This document shows, one piece after another, positions 29,683-39,924 of a stretch of 64,000 nucleotides of DNA. This DNA is from an uncultured delta proteobacterium (GTDB taxonomy: Bacteria; Myxococcota; Myxococcia; SLRQ01). Positions within the stretch are counted from its first letter, which is position 1, and the number at the start of each line of letters is the position of its first letter. The translations under genes were made by a program, and so were the position numbers. The stretch spans positions 93,635 through 157,634 of the forward strand of contig CAVSGM010000005.1 of NCBI GenBank assembly GCA_963727485.1, in the 5' to 3' direction. The notes beneath the pieces were generated by a model. It saw only the letters and a program-made list of their open reading frames with translations. It had not been told where the DNA came from and searched no databases.

Positions 29683-30381
29683 TCAGTCGTGGGCGAAGGG
29701 CCGCCAGGTGAAGCCGTGGTGGGTCCGCCAGTAGATGGCGATGGCCCGCCCCAGGATGGACTCCCGGGTGACCAGCCCGAAGGCCCGGCCGTCGTGGCTC
29801 TCGCCCCGGTTGTCGCCCATGACCAGGTACTGGTCCTTGCCGAGCTTCGTGGGGCCGTAGATCGGCCCGCCCCCGTAGGTGAGCCGGATGGGGTGGGCGT
29901 GGGCCCCCAGGGTCTCGACGAGGCCCTTCTTCCCGTCGGCGATCGACACCGGCTGGCCGTTGATGGTGAGCTTCCCGCCCCGAACCTCGACGGTGTCGCC
30001 GGGGATGGCGACCACCCGCTTGAGGAGGGTGGTGCCGTCCTGGGGGGACTCGAGGACCACCACGTCGCCCTCCCGGGGCCCGTTGAACTCCCAGAGGTAG
30101 TCCTCGGTGCCGGGGACCCGGAGGCCATAGGCCAGCTTGTTGACGATGAGGTGGTCGCCGATGTGGACCGTGGGGAGCATGGACCCCGAGGGCACGTAGT
30201 AGTGGTCGGCGAAGGACGCCCGGGCCCCGAGGACGGCGAGGACCAGGACCCCGAGGAAGATCCCCTCCCGGAGCCAGCCCCGGAGCCGGGTCTTGAAGGT
30301 GGGCTTCTCGGCCGGCGCCTCGCCCTTGGGGGCGATCTTGGACGGCTTGGAGGTCTCGGCTGTTGACGCGCGGCTTGGCAT
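29683..30381 (-). CDS. lepB: Signal peptidase I
   Basis: VPSGSMLPT (catalytic Ser), LLKRVVAIPGD (Lys), MGDNRGESHDGR. Confidence 0.95.
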   Translation of the reverse strand: MPSRASTAETSKPSKIAPKGEAPAEKPTFKTRLRGWLREGIFLGVLVLAVLGARASFADHYYVPSGSMLPTVHIGDHLIVNKLAYGLRVPGTEDYLWEFNGPREGDVVVLESPQDGTTLLKRVVAIPGDTVEVRGGKLTINGQPVSIADGKKGLVETLGAHAHPIRLTYGGGPIYGPTKLGKDQYLVMGDNRGESHDGRAFGLVTRESILGRAIAIYWRTHHGFTWRPFAHD

Positions 30382-30447
30382 GGTCGGAGTCTAGAACACG
30401 GTAGCTTCGGGAATCCATCCTCGTGCACCGCAGGAGGGGCCAGGCCC

Positions 30448-31161
30448 TTGCGAACCGTCTTCTCGCTCGTGGTGATCCCCGTGATCACCGCCTTCATGGG
30501 CACCGTCGCCATCGTCGGCGGCCTCCTCCGGTCTCCCGAGCTGGGCGAGTGGGCCACCAGGCGGTGGGCGCGCAGCCTGCTCCTCGCCACCGGCGCCCGG
30601 GTCCGGGCCACCGGGGCCGAGGGCCTCGATCCGGACGGCCACTACATCTTCGTGGCCAACCACCAGAGCCACCTGGACATCCCGGCGATCACCGTCGCCT
30701 GCCCGGGGCCCGTCCGCTTCGTGGCCAAGAAGAGCCTCTTCGCCATCCCCCTCTTCGGCCAAGCGATGCGCACCCTCGGGCACGTCCCGGTGGACCGGCA
30801 GGACCGGGAGGCGGCCCAGGCGAGCCTGGAGCAGGCCCTCGAGCCCCTGCGCACCCGGGTGAGCCTCCTCTTCTTCGCCGAGGGGACCCGGAGCGACACC
30901 GGGGAGCTCGGCCGGTTCAAGAAGGGGGCCCTGGCCCTGGCCGAGGTCGCCGGGGTCCCGGTGGTGCCGGTGGCGGTGGTGGGGACCCGGGAGGTGCTCC
31001 CCAAGGGGCGGCTGCGGGTCCGGGCGGCGCCGGTGGGCGTGGCCTTCGGGGCCCCCATGCCGGACCTCACCGATCCCGGGACCCCCCGGCAGGCCCGGGC
31101 GGAGGCCCTCCGGGCGGCGGTGGCGGGGCTCATGGAGACCGCGGGCAACCTCCGAGGATGA
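30448..31161 (+). CDS. plsC: 1-acyl-sn-glycerol-3-phosphate acyltransferase
   Basis: NHQSHLD, FVAKKSLF, FAEGTRS, FKKGA. Confidence 0.9.
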   Translation: MRTVFSLVVIPVITAFMGTVAIVGGLLRSPELGEWATRRWARSLLLATGARVRATGAEGLDPDGHYIFVANHQSHLDIPAITVACPGPVRFVAKKSLFAIPLFGQAMRTLGHVPVDRQDREAAQASLEQALEPLRTRVSLLFFAEGTRSDTGELGRFKKGALALAEVAGVPVVPVAVVGTREVLPKGRLRVRAAPVGVAFGAPMPDLTDPGTPRQARAEALRAAVAGLMETAGNLRG

Positions 31162-31197
31162 CGCTCAAATCCAGCTCGTTCTAGTCTGGGCCGTGAG

Positions 31198-32813
31198 ATG
31201 CGCCGCCTCGCCGTACTCCCCGTCCTCCTCGGAGTCCTCCTGGTCCCCGCCGTGGCCCACGCCGGGCGCGTCGCCGTCCTCGCCGACGGCGGCCGGTCGG
31301 CGCGGCTGGTCCGGGCCCAGCTGGTGGGGGGCCTCATCGACGGGAACGTCGACGTCCTCTCCGAGCGCGAGTACGACGCCGCCGCCCGGCGCCTGGGGAT
31401 CGTCGGCGACGGCCGGGTGAGCCCCGACGGCATCCGGCGCATCGCCGCGGTGGCGGCGGTGGACGCGGTGCTCCACGCCGACGTCCACCGGCACCGGCGC
31501 CACCAGGTGGTCCGCATCACCTTCTACGACGCCATGGGCGAGCAGGAGCTCGACCGGACCTATCGCCTCTACGGCGGGCGGCTGAAGCGCAGCGACCTCG
31601 GGCGCCTGGTCGACTTCGTCGCCCGGAAGGTCCCGGCGGCCCCCACCGGCGGCGGGGCGATGACCGCGCCCCCGCCGGACACCGGGGGGGCTCGGACACC
31701 GGGCGGTTCGGGCAGATGGCCTCGGGGGGCAGCGGCGGCTCGAGCGACGCCGGCGGCGACCCGCGCCGGGACGACGACGCCCGGCGCCAGCGCGAGGCGG
31801 ACCAGGCCCGGCGACAGGCCGAGGCCGACCAGCGCCGCCGGGACGCCGAGGCGGCCCAGCGCCGCCAGGACGCCCAGGCCGACCAGCGCCGCCAGGACGA
31901 CGCCGCGCGCCGGCGGCGCGAGGCCCAGGCCCGCCGCGACCGCGCCCCGGACGTGGGCGACGCCGACGCCGCCTGGCGCCGGACCCATCACCGGCACCGC
32001 GACGACGGCTTCGGGACCGGGGGCTGGGCCGGGGACGACCAGGGTGGTCACCGCCCCGACGACCTGGTGGGTGAGCCCAGCCGGCGCCTGCCCTACATCT
32101 CGGTCATCGCCACCGGCGGCGGCGGGTCGCGCAGCTACCACCTCAAGGGTCAGTTCACCACCGTCGACTACCAGACCGCCGGCCTCTACCCGGTGGCCGG
32201 GGCGGTGATCGACGTCTTCCCCTTCTCCAGCGCCGGGCCCTTCGTCGAGGGCCTCGGCCTCGAGGGGAGCCTCGACCGGGGCTTCCTCACCAGCCAGTTC
32301 GTCGACGGCAACGGGCAGCCCCAGTCGCTCCAGACCCCGGTCCTCCGGTGGTTCGCCGACCTGCGCTACCGGGTCCGGGTGAGCCCCGACAGCCCCTGGT
32401 CCCCCGCCGTGGGCCTGCGGGTGGGCTACGGGGCCACCGACTTCAGCGCCGACCTCGCCAACGCCGTGTTCACCGGGGTCCACCAGTCCGGGGTGCGCCT
32501 GGGCCTCGAGGCCAGCCAGCCCCTGGCGCCGCCGTACCTCGCCGTGTCCCTGGTCCTCGCCGCCCAGCCCTTCGCCCAGCCCGGCCAGGCCGAGGCCACC
32601 GCCTACGGCCCCAACGCCTCCGCCGGGGGCTTCAGCCTCCGGGTCGGCCTCACCGGGGGCACCGCCGCCTACCACCGGGGCCTGGTCTACGGCGTCTGGC
32701 TCGACCTGGTGAGCATGAGCGACCAGTTCAAGGGGACGGGGAGCCGGGACAGCAACGCCACCGCCTCCGAGCGCTACCTGGCCGTCACCGGCGGCCTCGG
32801 CTACGCGTTCTAG
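31198..32813 (+). CDS. Secreted/outer-membrane protein: N-terminal domain, Q/R/A/D coiled coil, C-terminal beta-barrel (frameshift near 31690-31715)
   Basis: Signal peptide (PAVAHA); ORF 31716..32813 carries the coiled coil and amphipathic strands ending GLGYAF (terminal Phe). Confidence 0.6.
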
Positions 32814-32895
32814 CGCGCGCCGCGCCAGGGGAGTGGCCCAGGGGTAGGCCCGAGTGGGCGATCCGACCACCCCCTTACACCCTGTAGGTGCGGCG

Positions 32896-32925
32896 TTGAC
32901 ACCGGATCGTCGCCCTTTCTACGAT
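32896..32925 (+). promoter_or_regulatory. sigma70-type promoter for the 33009 lipoprotein
   Basis: TTGACA-N18-TACGAT. Confidence 0.65.
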
Positions 32926-33008
32926 GCGCGGCGTTTTGCCCGAACCCACCCGGTCCCTCGCCGACCGTGGCCGAGCACGGGCCCCACCCTGATAGGAGTC
33001 TTCCCACC

Positions 33009-34175
33009 ATGCGCACTACTCGTCTTCACGGCCTGGGCTTCGCCCTGCTCTTGAGCCTCTCCCTGGTGTCCTCGGGCTGCTTCGCCGGCGCCGGCGACGG
33101 CGGCGGCGGCACCGACGGCGGCACCAATGGCAGCACCGACGGTGGCACCACGAGCGGCGCCTGCCAGGGCGTCGTCTGCAACACCAACCAGGTGTGTGAC
33201 CCCAACAGTGGCAACTGCGTCGAGTGCCTGGCGGACAGCGACTGCCCCACCGGCGGCACCTGCAACACCTCCACCCACACCTGCAGCAACGGCGGTGGCG
33301 GTGGCGGTGGCGGCGCCAAGGGCCCGGCCTGCACCAGCAACCAGTCCTGCGCCCAGGGCCAGGTCTGCGACAACGGCACCTGCCAGCCCGGCGCCTACGG
33401 TGACTGCAGCAAGCTCGCCTGCGCCGCCGGCATGGACTGCGTGAACGCCGGAGCGAATGGCCAGAATGCCCAGGAGTGCCTCACGCCCTGCACCGCCACC
33501 AGCGACTGCCCGGACACCGCCTACGTCTGCGACACCGGCAGCGGTGACGTGGCTGTCGGGCACTGCATCCAGAACCTCTGCAGCCCCAACATCCAGGCCG
33601 CGGGCGTCTTCGGTGACCTCCACGCGGTCCCGGCCCAGTTCGGCGCGGCGTGTGACGCCGCCGGCACCGGCGACGGCACCTGCTGGGGTCCTCTCCAGGC
33701 TCAGGCCCAGCAGAGCGGCACCCTGAAGATCGGCCTCTGCTTCGCCAACGGCCAGGTGGCGCCGGGCGGCACCTGCGACGCCGCCGCCTCCTACTCGAAC
33801 CTGGCCCAGGCCTGCAACGGCGGCCTCTGCCTGCCCACCAGCCAGACCGGGACCCAGGGCACGTGCGCCGCCCTCTGCGCCGTCGCCGACGGCCAGAACT
33901 GCGCCGCGGTCAACGGCAACCCCACCGCTTGCCTGGAGTTCCAGGGGCTCGCCGGCGTCTGCTTCCCCCAGGACGCCAGCCCGGCGGCCACCGGGGCGAG
34001 CTGCACCGCCTTCAGCCAGTCCCACCAGTCGCTCTCCTGCGTCGAGGACGACACCTGCCAGAGCGGCAGCTGCATGCAGTGGTGCGACCAGACGGCCACC
34101 ACCAGCACCTGCCCCTCGGGCAAGACCTGCACCGCGGTCCAGCAGGGCGACATCCTCACCGGCACCTGCCAGTAG
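33009..34175 (+). CDS. Cysteine-rich lipoprotein (Dickkopf/EB-like CxxxxDC modules)
   Basis: AGGAG RBS; lipobox VSSGC; DGG linker; many Cys modules (CLADSDCPTGGTC, CTATSDC). Confidence 0.8.
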   Translation: MRTTRLHGLGFALLLSLSLVSSGCFAGAGDGGGGTDGGTNGSTDGGTTSGACQGVVCNTNQVCDPNSGNCVECLADSDCPTGGTCNTSTHTCSNGGGGGGGGAKGPACTSNQSCAQGQVCDNGTCQPGAYGDCSKLACAAGMDCVNAGANGQNAQECLTPCTATSDCPDTAYVCDTGSGDVAVGHCIQNLCSPNIQAAGVFGDLHAVPAQFGAACDAAGTGDGTCWGPLQAQAQQSGTLKIGLCFANGQVAPGGTCDAAASYSNLAQACNGGLCLPTSQTGTQGTCAALCAVADGQNCAAVNGNPTACLEFQGLAGVCFPQDASPAATGASCTAFSQSHQSLSCVEDDTCQSGSCMQWCDQTATTSTCPSGKTCTAVQQGDILTGTCQ

Positions 34176-34282
34176 GCAGCCCGGTGTAGGTCGATGTGCG
34201 GCGGGGCGCTCGCGACGCGGGCGCCCCGCTGTCATTTTCCGATTCACCGCGGCCCGTGAAATCGCGGTCCAGGTGAATGCCG

Positions 34283-34312
34283 TTGACACGTGCCGCGCGG
34301 TCCCGCTAGGGT
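34283..34312 (+). promoter_or_regulatory. sigma70-type promoter for the bactofilin operon
   Basis: TTGACA-N18-TAGGGT, then GGAGG. Confidence 0.6.
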
Positions 34313-34336
34313 CGCGCGCTCGGAGGGTTGAGCGGA

Positions 34337-34675
34337 ATGGCGGAGCCGAGCGGCGTCATCGGGCAGGGAATCCGGATTCGCGGAAACGTCAGCGGATCGG
34401 GTGACCTCATCGTAGAGGGCGAGATCGAAGGTCAGATCACCCTCAAGGATCGCCTCACCGTCGAGTCCACCGGCAGGGTGGTCGCCGACGTGGAAGCCGG
34501 CGAGGTCACGGTCAATGGCGAGATGAGCGGTAACATCGTCGCCAGTGATCGGGTCTACATCACTGCAAACGCGAAGGTGCTCTCGGACATTCGCGCCCCC
34601 CGGGTGGTCATCGAGGACGGCGCGCGGTTCAAGGGCAACATCGAGATGGACGTGAAGCTCCCGGAGAACATCTAG
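34337..34675 (+). CDS. bacN: Bactofilin (BacN-like)
   Basis: VIGQGIRIRGNVSGSGDL.VEGEIEG...IEDGARFKGNIEM beta-helix pattern; first of three tandem paralogs. Confidence 0.85.
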   Translation: MAEPSGVIGQGIRIRGNVSGSGDLIVEGEIEGQITLKDRLTVESTGRVVADVEAGEVTVNGEMSGNIVASDRVYITANAKVLSDIRAPRVVIEDGARFKGNIEMDVKLPENI

Positions 34676-34694
34676 TCCCGGGCGCGGAGGGCGA

Positions 34695-35009
34695 ATGGCC
34701 AACACCATCATCGGCAGCACCATCATCGTGGACGGCGAGATCAGCGGAGACGAGGACCTCGTCATCCAGGGCACGGTGAAGGGCAAGATCAGCCTCAAGG
34801 AGTCCTGCATCGTCGAGGCCTCCGGCGTCGTCGAGGCGGACATCGAGACCCAGAACGTGGAGATCGCGGGTCAGGTCACCGGAAACATCACGGCGAGCGA
34901 CAAGGTCGAGCTCAAGACCGACTGCCGGGTGGTCGGTGACATCAAGGCTCCCCGGATCCTCATCGCCGACGGCGCTGCCTTCAAGGGCAACGTCGACATG
35001 GACGTGTAG
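34695..35009 (+). CDS. bacO: Bactofilin (BacO-like)
   Basis: MANTIIGSTIIVDGEISGDEDLVIQGTVKG...IADGAAFKGNVDM. Confidence 0.9.
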   Translation: MANTIIGSTIIVDGEISGDEDLVIQGTVKGKISLKESCIVEASGVVEADIETQNVEIAGQVTGNITASDKVELKTDCRVVGDIKAPRILIADGAAFKGNVDMDV

Positions 35010-35022
35010 CTAGCGGGGCGAC

Positions 35023-35628
35023 ATGGCCACCATCGTCGGAGATACTTCGCTCGTCAAAGGGCACCTCGAAGGCGACGAGGACCTCACGGTCCGCGGTCGC
35101 GTCGAGGGGTCCGTCAATCTCACCAAGACCCTCATCGTCGAGCCCTCGGGGATCGTGAAGGCCGAGGTCTCGGTGAGGAACTGCATCGTGAGCGGGGTGG
35201 TCGTCGGCAACATCACGGCCACCGACTCCGTCGAGCTCACCCAGGAGGCGCGGGTCGTGGGTGACCTCACCGCGCCCCGGGTGATCATCGTCGACGGGGC
35301 CAGCTTCCGCGGCAAGGTCGACATGGGGGACCTGGGGCAGCGCCCCGCCATCACCCCCCGGCCGTCCACGGCGAGCCGCCCGGCGGCCATGACCCGGACC
35401 GCCCCGGCCCCGACCCGGAGCGCCCCGGCCCCGAGCCGGCCCGCCCCGGCGCCGAGCCGGCCGGCCCCCGCCGTGGCCACCGCCTCCGCCCGTCCGGCAC
35501 CGTCCCGCGCCTCCGCTCCGGCCAGGGCGCCGGCGAAGGCCCCGGCGAAGAAGGCCCCGGCGGCGCCCCCGAAGCCCCCTCGGGCGTCGGGCAAGAAGAA
35601 GAAGGTCAAGGTCAAGAAGAGGCGGTGA
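35023..35628 (+). CDS. bacP: Bactofilin with Pro/Ala-rich, basic C-terminal tail (BacP-like)
   Basis: Bactofilin domain followed by RPAPAPS repeats and KKKKVKVKKRR. Confidence 0.9.
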   Translation: MATIVGDTSLVKGHLEGDEDLTVRGRVEGSVNLTKTLIVEPSGIVKAEVSVRNCIVSGVVVGNITATDSVELTQEARVVGDLTAPRVIIVDGASFRGKVDMGDLGQRPAITPRPSTASRPAAMTRTAPAPTRSAPAPSRPAPAPSRPAPAVATASARPAPSRASAPARAPAKAPAKKAPAAPPKPPRASGKKKKVKVKKRR

Positions 35629-35631
35629 TCC

Positions 35632-36381
35632 TTGACGGCTGACGACCCCTCCGAGGGTGGTGCGGTGAGCGGGGGCGGTGCCCCCACAGGTCCCCTGGGC
35701 CCCGGGATCGCCCCGGCGCCCCGGCTGGCCCCGCCGCCCGTCCCCGAGGCTCCGGCCCCGCGGTGGGTGGAGCTGGCGGCCATCGTCGACGCCGAGGCGT
35801 TCGCCCTCCGCGACGCCGAGGCGGTGAGCCCGCTTGCCGAGTCCATCGCCCGCCAGGGCCAGCAGACCCCGGTCGACCTCCGGCCGGTCCCCGGGGGCTT
35901 CCAGCTCCTCGCCGGCCACCGGCGCCTGGCCGCGGTCCGCCTCCTCCACCGGAGCCGGATCCTCGCCCGGGTCCACGAGGCCCTCGACGACGAGGCCGCC
36001 TGGCACCTGGCCCTCGCCGACGACCTCGACCGGCGCCCCTTCAGCGCCGCCGAGCGCGACGGCGCCCGCACCGCCCTCATCGAGCGCGGGGCCCTGACCC
36101 CGCGCCTCGAGGCCCTCCTCGACCGCGCCGACGCCCAGGCCCACCCGGAGCTCGCCGCCGACGCGGCGCCGGCGGGGGACGAAGAGGAGATCGAGCTCGA
36201 GGCCCTGGCCGCCCGGGTCCGCGACCGCCTCGCCGACGACTGCAACGACGTCGCCGCCCTCTACGAGGACTGGCGCGACCTCGACGAGGGCCGCCGGGCC
36301 GATCTCCTCGAGTGCGTCGCCTACCTCCGGGACATGTACCCGCTGATGGCGCAGACCGAGCAGGAGGACCCCGAGGAATGA
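35632..36381 (+). CDS. padC: ParB-like (ParB/Srx N-domain) protein, PadC-like
   Basis: LAESIARQGQQTPVDLR...FQLLAGHRRLAA (GxRR patch); lies directly after bacP. Confidence 0.8.
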   Translation: MTADDPSEGGAVSGGGAPTGPLGPGIAPAPRLAPPPVPEAPAPRWVELAAIVDAEAFALRDAEAVSPLAESIARQGQQTPVDLRPVPGGFQLLAGHRRLAAVRLLHRSRILARVHEALDDEAAWHLALADDLDRRPFSAAERDGARTALIERGALTPRLEALLDRADAQAHPELAADAAPAGDEEEIELEALAARVRDRLADDCNDVAALYEDWRDLDEGRRADLLECVAYLRDMYPLMAQTEQEDPEE

Positions 36382-36961
36382 ACGGTCCCGAGCTCGGCCA
36401 CCCGACGCCCTCGCCGCCGACCGGGCACGGCTCCTGGCGCTGCTCACCGAGCACGCCTTCGAGCGCCGGAAGGTCGTCCTCGCCTCGGGCCGCGAGTCCG
36501 ACTTCTACATCGACTGCCGCAAGGTGGCCCTCACCGCCGAGGGCCATGTCCTCATCGGTCGCCTGCTCCTCGCCGCGGTCCCGGACGAGGCGGTGGCCGT
36601 CGGGGGGCTCACCCTCGGCGCCGATCCCCTGGCCTCGGCGGTGAGCCTCACCTCGTGGCTCGCCGGGCGGCCGGTGGCCGCCTTCCTGGTGCGCAAGGCG
36701 CCCAAGGGCCACGGCACCGGCCAGTGGGTCGAGCGCCCGGCGCTCCCCGAGGGCGCCCGGGTGGTGGTCCTCGAGGACGTCATCACCACCGGCGGCTCGG
36801 CCCTCAAGGCCCTCGAGCGGGCCCGGGCCGAGGGCCTCGAGCCGGTGAAGGTCCTCGCCCTGGTCGACCGGATGGAGGGCGGGCGCGAGGCCATCGAGGC
36901 CGCCGGCGTCCCGGTCGAGTCCCTCTTCCGCCGCACCGACTTCATCCCGGAGCCGGCGTGA
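36378..36961 (+). CDS. pyrE: Orotate phosphoribosyltransferase (frameshift near 36400)
   Basis: LASGRESDFYIDCR, GGLTLGADP, VRKAPKGHG, VVLEDVITTGGS; likely ATG at 36378 overlaps the padC stop. Confidence 0.92.
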
Positions 36962-37560
36962 GCCGCGGTCCCCGCCTCCTCCCGGTCCTGGGGCTGGTCC
37001 TCCTCGCCGGGTGCTGGACGGTGCCCGGCGGCATCCCCCGCTACCAGGCCACCGTCTCCAAGACCTACGCCCGGGCGCTCGCCGCCCACACCCGCAGCGC
37101 CCGGGTCTACCGGGACTTCGCCCAGCAGGTGATGGTCGTGGCCACCCTCCAGACCCCCGACTTCCTCGAGGCGCGCTTCGCCGAGGACGGGCGGATCCAC
37201 GACGAGGGCGCGGCGGACTCGGCGGCGGCGCTCACCGCCTGGCAGCAGGGGCACCCGGGGCCCACGGCCATCGTCTACCTCGAGGCCGCCGACCCCACCT
37301 GGCTCGACCTCACGGGCGCCGCCCACACCTGGCGGGTGGCCCTGGACGTGGGCGGCACCGCCTACGACGCCAGCCACCTCGAGCCCCTCGACACCGACGA
37401 CCCGACCCTGCGCCACCTCTTCCCCTACGTGCAGGGCTTCGGCAGCGTGTGGCGGGCCGACTTCCCCGAGGCGGCCAAGGGCGCCTTCGCGAACGGGGCC
37501 ACCCTGGTGGTCGCCGGCGCCCCGGCCCGGGCGCGCCTGGCCTTCGCCGCCGCGAAGTAG
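36958..37560 (+). CDS. Hypothetical lipoprotein
   Basis: GTG overlapping the pyrE stop; lipobox LLAGC; high-GC3 codon pattern. Confidence 0.7.
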   Translation: MSRGPRLLPVLGLVLLAGCWTVPGGIPRYQATVSKTYARALAAHTRSARVYRDFAQQVMVVATLQTPDFLEARFAEDGRIHDEGAADSAAALTAWQQGHPGPTAIVYLEAADPTWLDLTGAAHTWRVALDVGGTAYDASHLEPLDTDDPTLRHLFPYVQGFGSVWRADFPEAAKGAFANGATLVVAGAPARARLAFAAAK

Positions 37561-37578
37561 CGCCGTCCCCGCCGGGCG

Positions 37579-39195
37579 CTACTTGAGGTCGCCCCGGGTG
37601 AGGACGGTGTCGTGGAGGCCGCCCACCTCGTCGAGCTCCGGGTAGTCGATGGTGTAGTGGAGGCCCCGGCTCTCCTTGCGGCGCCGGGCGCTCTCGACGA
37701 TGAGCTGGGCGACGATGGCGATGTTGCGCAGCTCCACCACGTCGGGGGTGACGTGGAAGGCCCAGTAGTACGCCTGGATCTCGTCGCGCAGCAGGTGGAG
37801 GCGCCGGCGGGCCCGCTCCAGGCGCTTGGTGGAGCGCACGATGCCCACGTAGTTCCACATCAGCCGGCGGATCTCCTCCCAGTTCTGGGTGACCACCACC
37901 TGCTCGTCGGGCTCGGCGGCCTCGCCGGGGTTCCAGTCGGGGACCCGGTCCTCGGGGACGGCGCCGAGCCCCTCGAGGAGCTCGGCGGTGATCCCCGCGG
38001 CCTGGTGGCCGAAGACCAGCCCCTCGAGGAGCGAGTTGCTCGCCAGGCGGTTGGCGCCGTGGAGCCCGGTGCAGGTGCTCTCGCCGATGGCCAGGAGCCC
38101 GGGGATGGCGGTGCGCGCCTGGAGGTCGGTGACGATGCCGCCGCACAGGTAGTGGGCCGCCGGGACCACCGGGATGGGCTCGGTGGACATGTCGATGCCG
38201 TACTCCAGGCAGGCGGCGAAGATCCCCGGGAACCGCTGCTCCAGGAACGACCGCGGGTGGTGGGTCATGTCGAGGAGCACGTGGTCGTTGCCGGTGCGCT
38301 TCATCTCGGCGTCGATGGCCCGGGCGGTGACGTCGCGGGGGGCCAGGCTCTTCATGGGGTGGTAGCGGTCCATGAAGGGCGTGCCGTCGAGGAGCTTGAG
38401 GACCCCGCCCTCGCCCCGGAGGGCCTCGCTGATGAGGAAGCTCTTGGCCTTGGGGTGGTAGAGGCAGGTGGGGTGGAACTGGAAGAACTCCATGTTCGCC
38501 ACCGCCGCCCCGGCCCGAAACGCCATGGCCACCCCGTCGCCGGAGGCCACGTCGGGGTTGCTGGTGTAGAGGTAGACCTTGCCGGCGCCGCCGGTGGCCA
38601 GGACCGTGATCGGGGCCAGGAAGGTGGTGACCTCGCCCGACGCCCGGTCGAGGACGTAGGCCCCCAGGCAGCGGTTGGGCCCGGTGACCCCCAGCTTGCT
38701 GGTGGTGATGAGGTCGATGGCGACCTGGTTCTCCACCAGGGTGATGCGCGGGTGGCGGCGGATGGCGTCGAGGAGGGCCCGCTGGACCTCCCGGCCGGTC
38801 ATGTCCGCCGCGTGGACCACCCGGCGCTTGGTGTGGCCCCCCTCGCGGCCGAGCTCGAAGGGGGCCTCCGGGTCGTCCTCGGCGTCCTGGCGGGTGAACT
38901 TCGCCCCGAGGTCGACCAGGGCCTGGATGCGCCCGGGCCCCTCCCGGACGCAGAGCTCCACCGCGTCCCGGTGGTCGAGGCCGGCGCCGGCGGTGAGGGT
39001 GTCGGCGACGTGGTCGGCGAAGGAGTCGTCGGGGGCGAAGACGGCGGAGATGCCGCCCTGGGCCCAGTTGGTGGCGGTGGCGGCGGCCTCGCGCTTGGTG
39101 ATCACCGTGACCGGGGCCACCTCCGCGGCCTCCAGGGCGTAGGAGAGACCGGCGATGCCGCTGCCGATGACGAGGATGTCGGTGGCCTGCCGCAT
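37579..39195 (-). CDS. nadB: L-aspartate oxidase
   Basis: IGSGIAGL, WAQGGI, REGGH, QFHPT, SEALRGEG, GLHGANRLASNSLLE, ESRGLH. Confidence 0.97.
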   Translation of the reverse strand: MRQATDILVIGSGIAGLSYALEAAEVAPVTVITKREAAATATNWAQGGISAVFAPDDSFADHVADTLTAGAGLDHRDAVELCVREGPGRIQALVDLGAKFTRQDAEDDPEAPFELGREGGHTKRRVVHAADMTGREVQRALLDAIRRHPRITLVENQVAIDLITTSKLGVTGPNRCLGAYVLDRASGEVTTFLAPITVLATGGAGKVYLYTSNPDVASGDGVAMAFRAGAAVANMEFFQFHPTCLYHPKAKSFLISEALRGEGGVLKLLDGTPFMDRYHPMKSLAPRDVTARAIDAEMKRTGNDHVLLDMTHHPRSFLEQRFPGIFAACLEYGIDMSTEPIPVVPAAHYLCGGIVTDLQARTAIPGLLAIGESTCTGLHGANRLASNSLLEGLVFGHQAAGITAELLEGLGAVPEDRVPDWNPGEAAEPDEQVVVTQNWEEIRRLMWNYVGIVRSTKRLERARRRLHLLRDEIQAYYWAFHVTPDVVELRNIAIVAQLIVESARRRKESRGLHYTIDYPELDEVGGLHDTVLTRGDLK

Positions 39196-39285
39196 GGTTG
39201 CGGCGCAAGATACCAGAAATCCCCGCGTGATCCCCGTCGCTTGTGGCTTGCGGTGACCGCGGATAGGATCCGCGCGGGTTCCGTC

Positions 39286-39912
39286 ATGATGCCCCGTCTC
39301 CTCACGCTCCCGCTCGCCCTCCTCGCCGCCCTCGCAATCGCTGCGCCGGCCCGGGCGGACGTCCACCGGATCCGGGAGCCCGACGGGACGGTGCGCTACA
39401 CCAACCGCCCGGGCGCGCCCCGAAGCGAGGCCCGGAAGATCATGGACCCGGACGGGGCCATCCGGCTGGTGCTCCGGGGCGGGGTGCGGTGCGTCCCCCG
39501 GGCGGACCGGGGGCAGTACGACGCCTGGTTCCACCGGGCCGCGAAGGACACCGGGGTCAACGTGGACCTCCTCAAGGCCGTGGCCCGGGTGGAGTCGGGC
39601 TTCGACCCCCGGGCGGTGAGCCAGGCCGGCGCCAAGGGGCTGATGCAGCTGATGCCGGCGACGGCAAGGCACCTCGGGGTGACCGACGTCTTCGACCCGG
39701 CCGAGAGCATCGAGGCCGGCGCCAGCTACCTCGCCGGTCTCCTGAACCGCTTCCATGGGGACCTGGTGCGGGCGCTCGCCGCCTACAACGCCGGGCCCGA
39801 CGCGGTGGTGCGCCATGACGGCCTGCCGCCCTTCGCCGAGACCCGCGCCTACGTGCGCCGGGTCTTCGAGATCTACTGGGACGCCCTCACCGCCGGACGG
39901 CGCGGGGGCTAG
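39286..39912 (+). CDS. Lytic transglycosylase (SLT domain)
   Basis: VESGFDPRAVSQAGAKGLMQLMP, AAYNAG, ETRAYV. Confidence 0.93.
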   Translation: MMPRLLTLPLALLAALAIAAPARADVHRIREPDGTVRYTNRPGAPRSEARKIMDPDGAIRLVLRGGVRCVPRADRGQYDAWFHRAAKDTGVNVDLLKAVARVESGFDPRAVSQAGAKGLMQLMPATARHLGVTDVFDPAESIEAGASYLAGLLNRFHGDLVRALAAYNAGPDAVVRHDGLPPFAETRAYVRRVFEIYWDALTAGRRGG

Positions 39913-39924
39913 GGGAGAGACGGG

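Noticed and set aside
34180..36400. parS site near the ParB-like gene
   Set aside because: No TGTTTCACGTGAAACA-like palindrome was found; the upstream dyads do not fit it.
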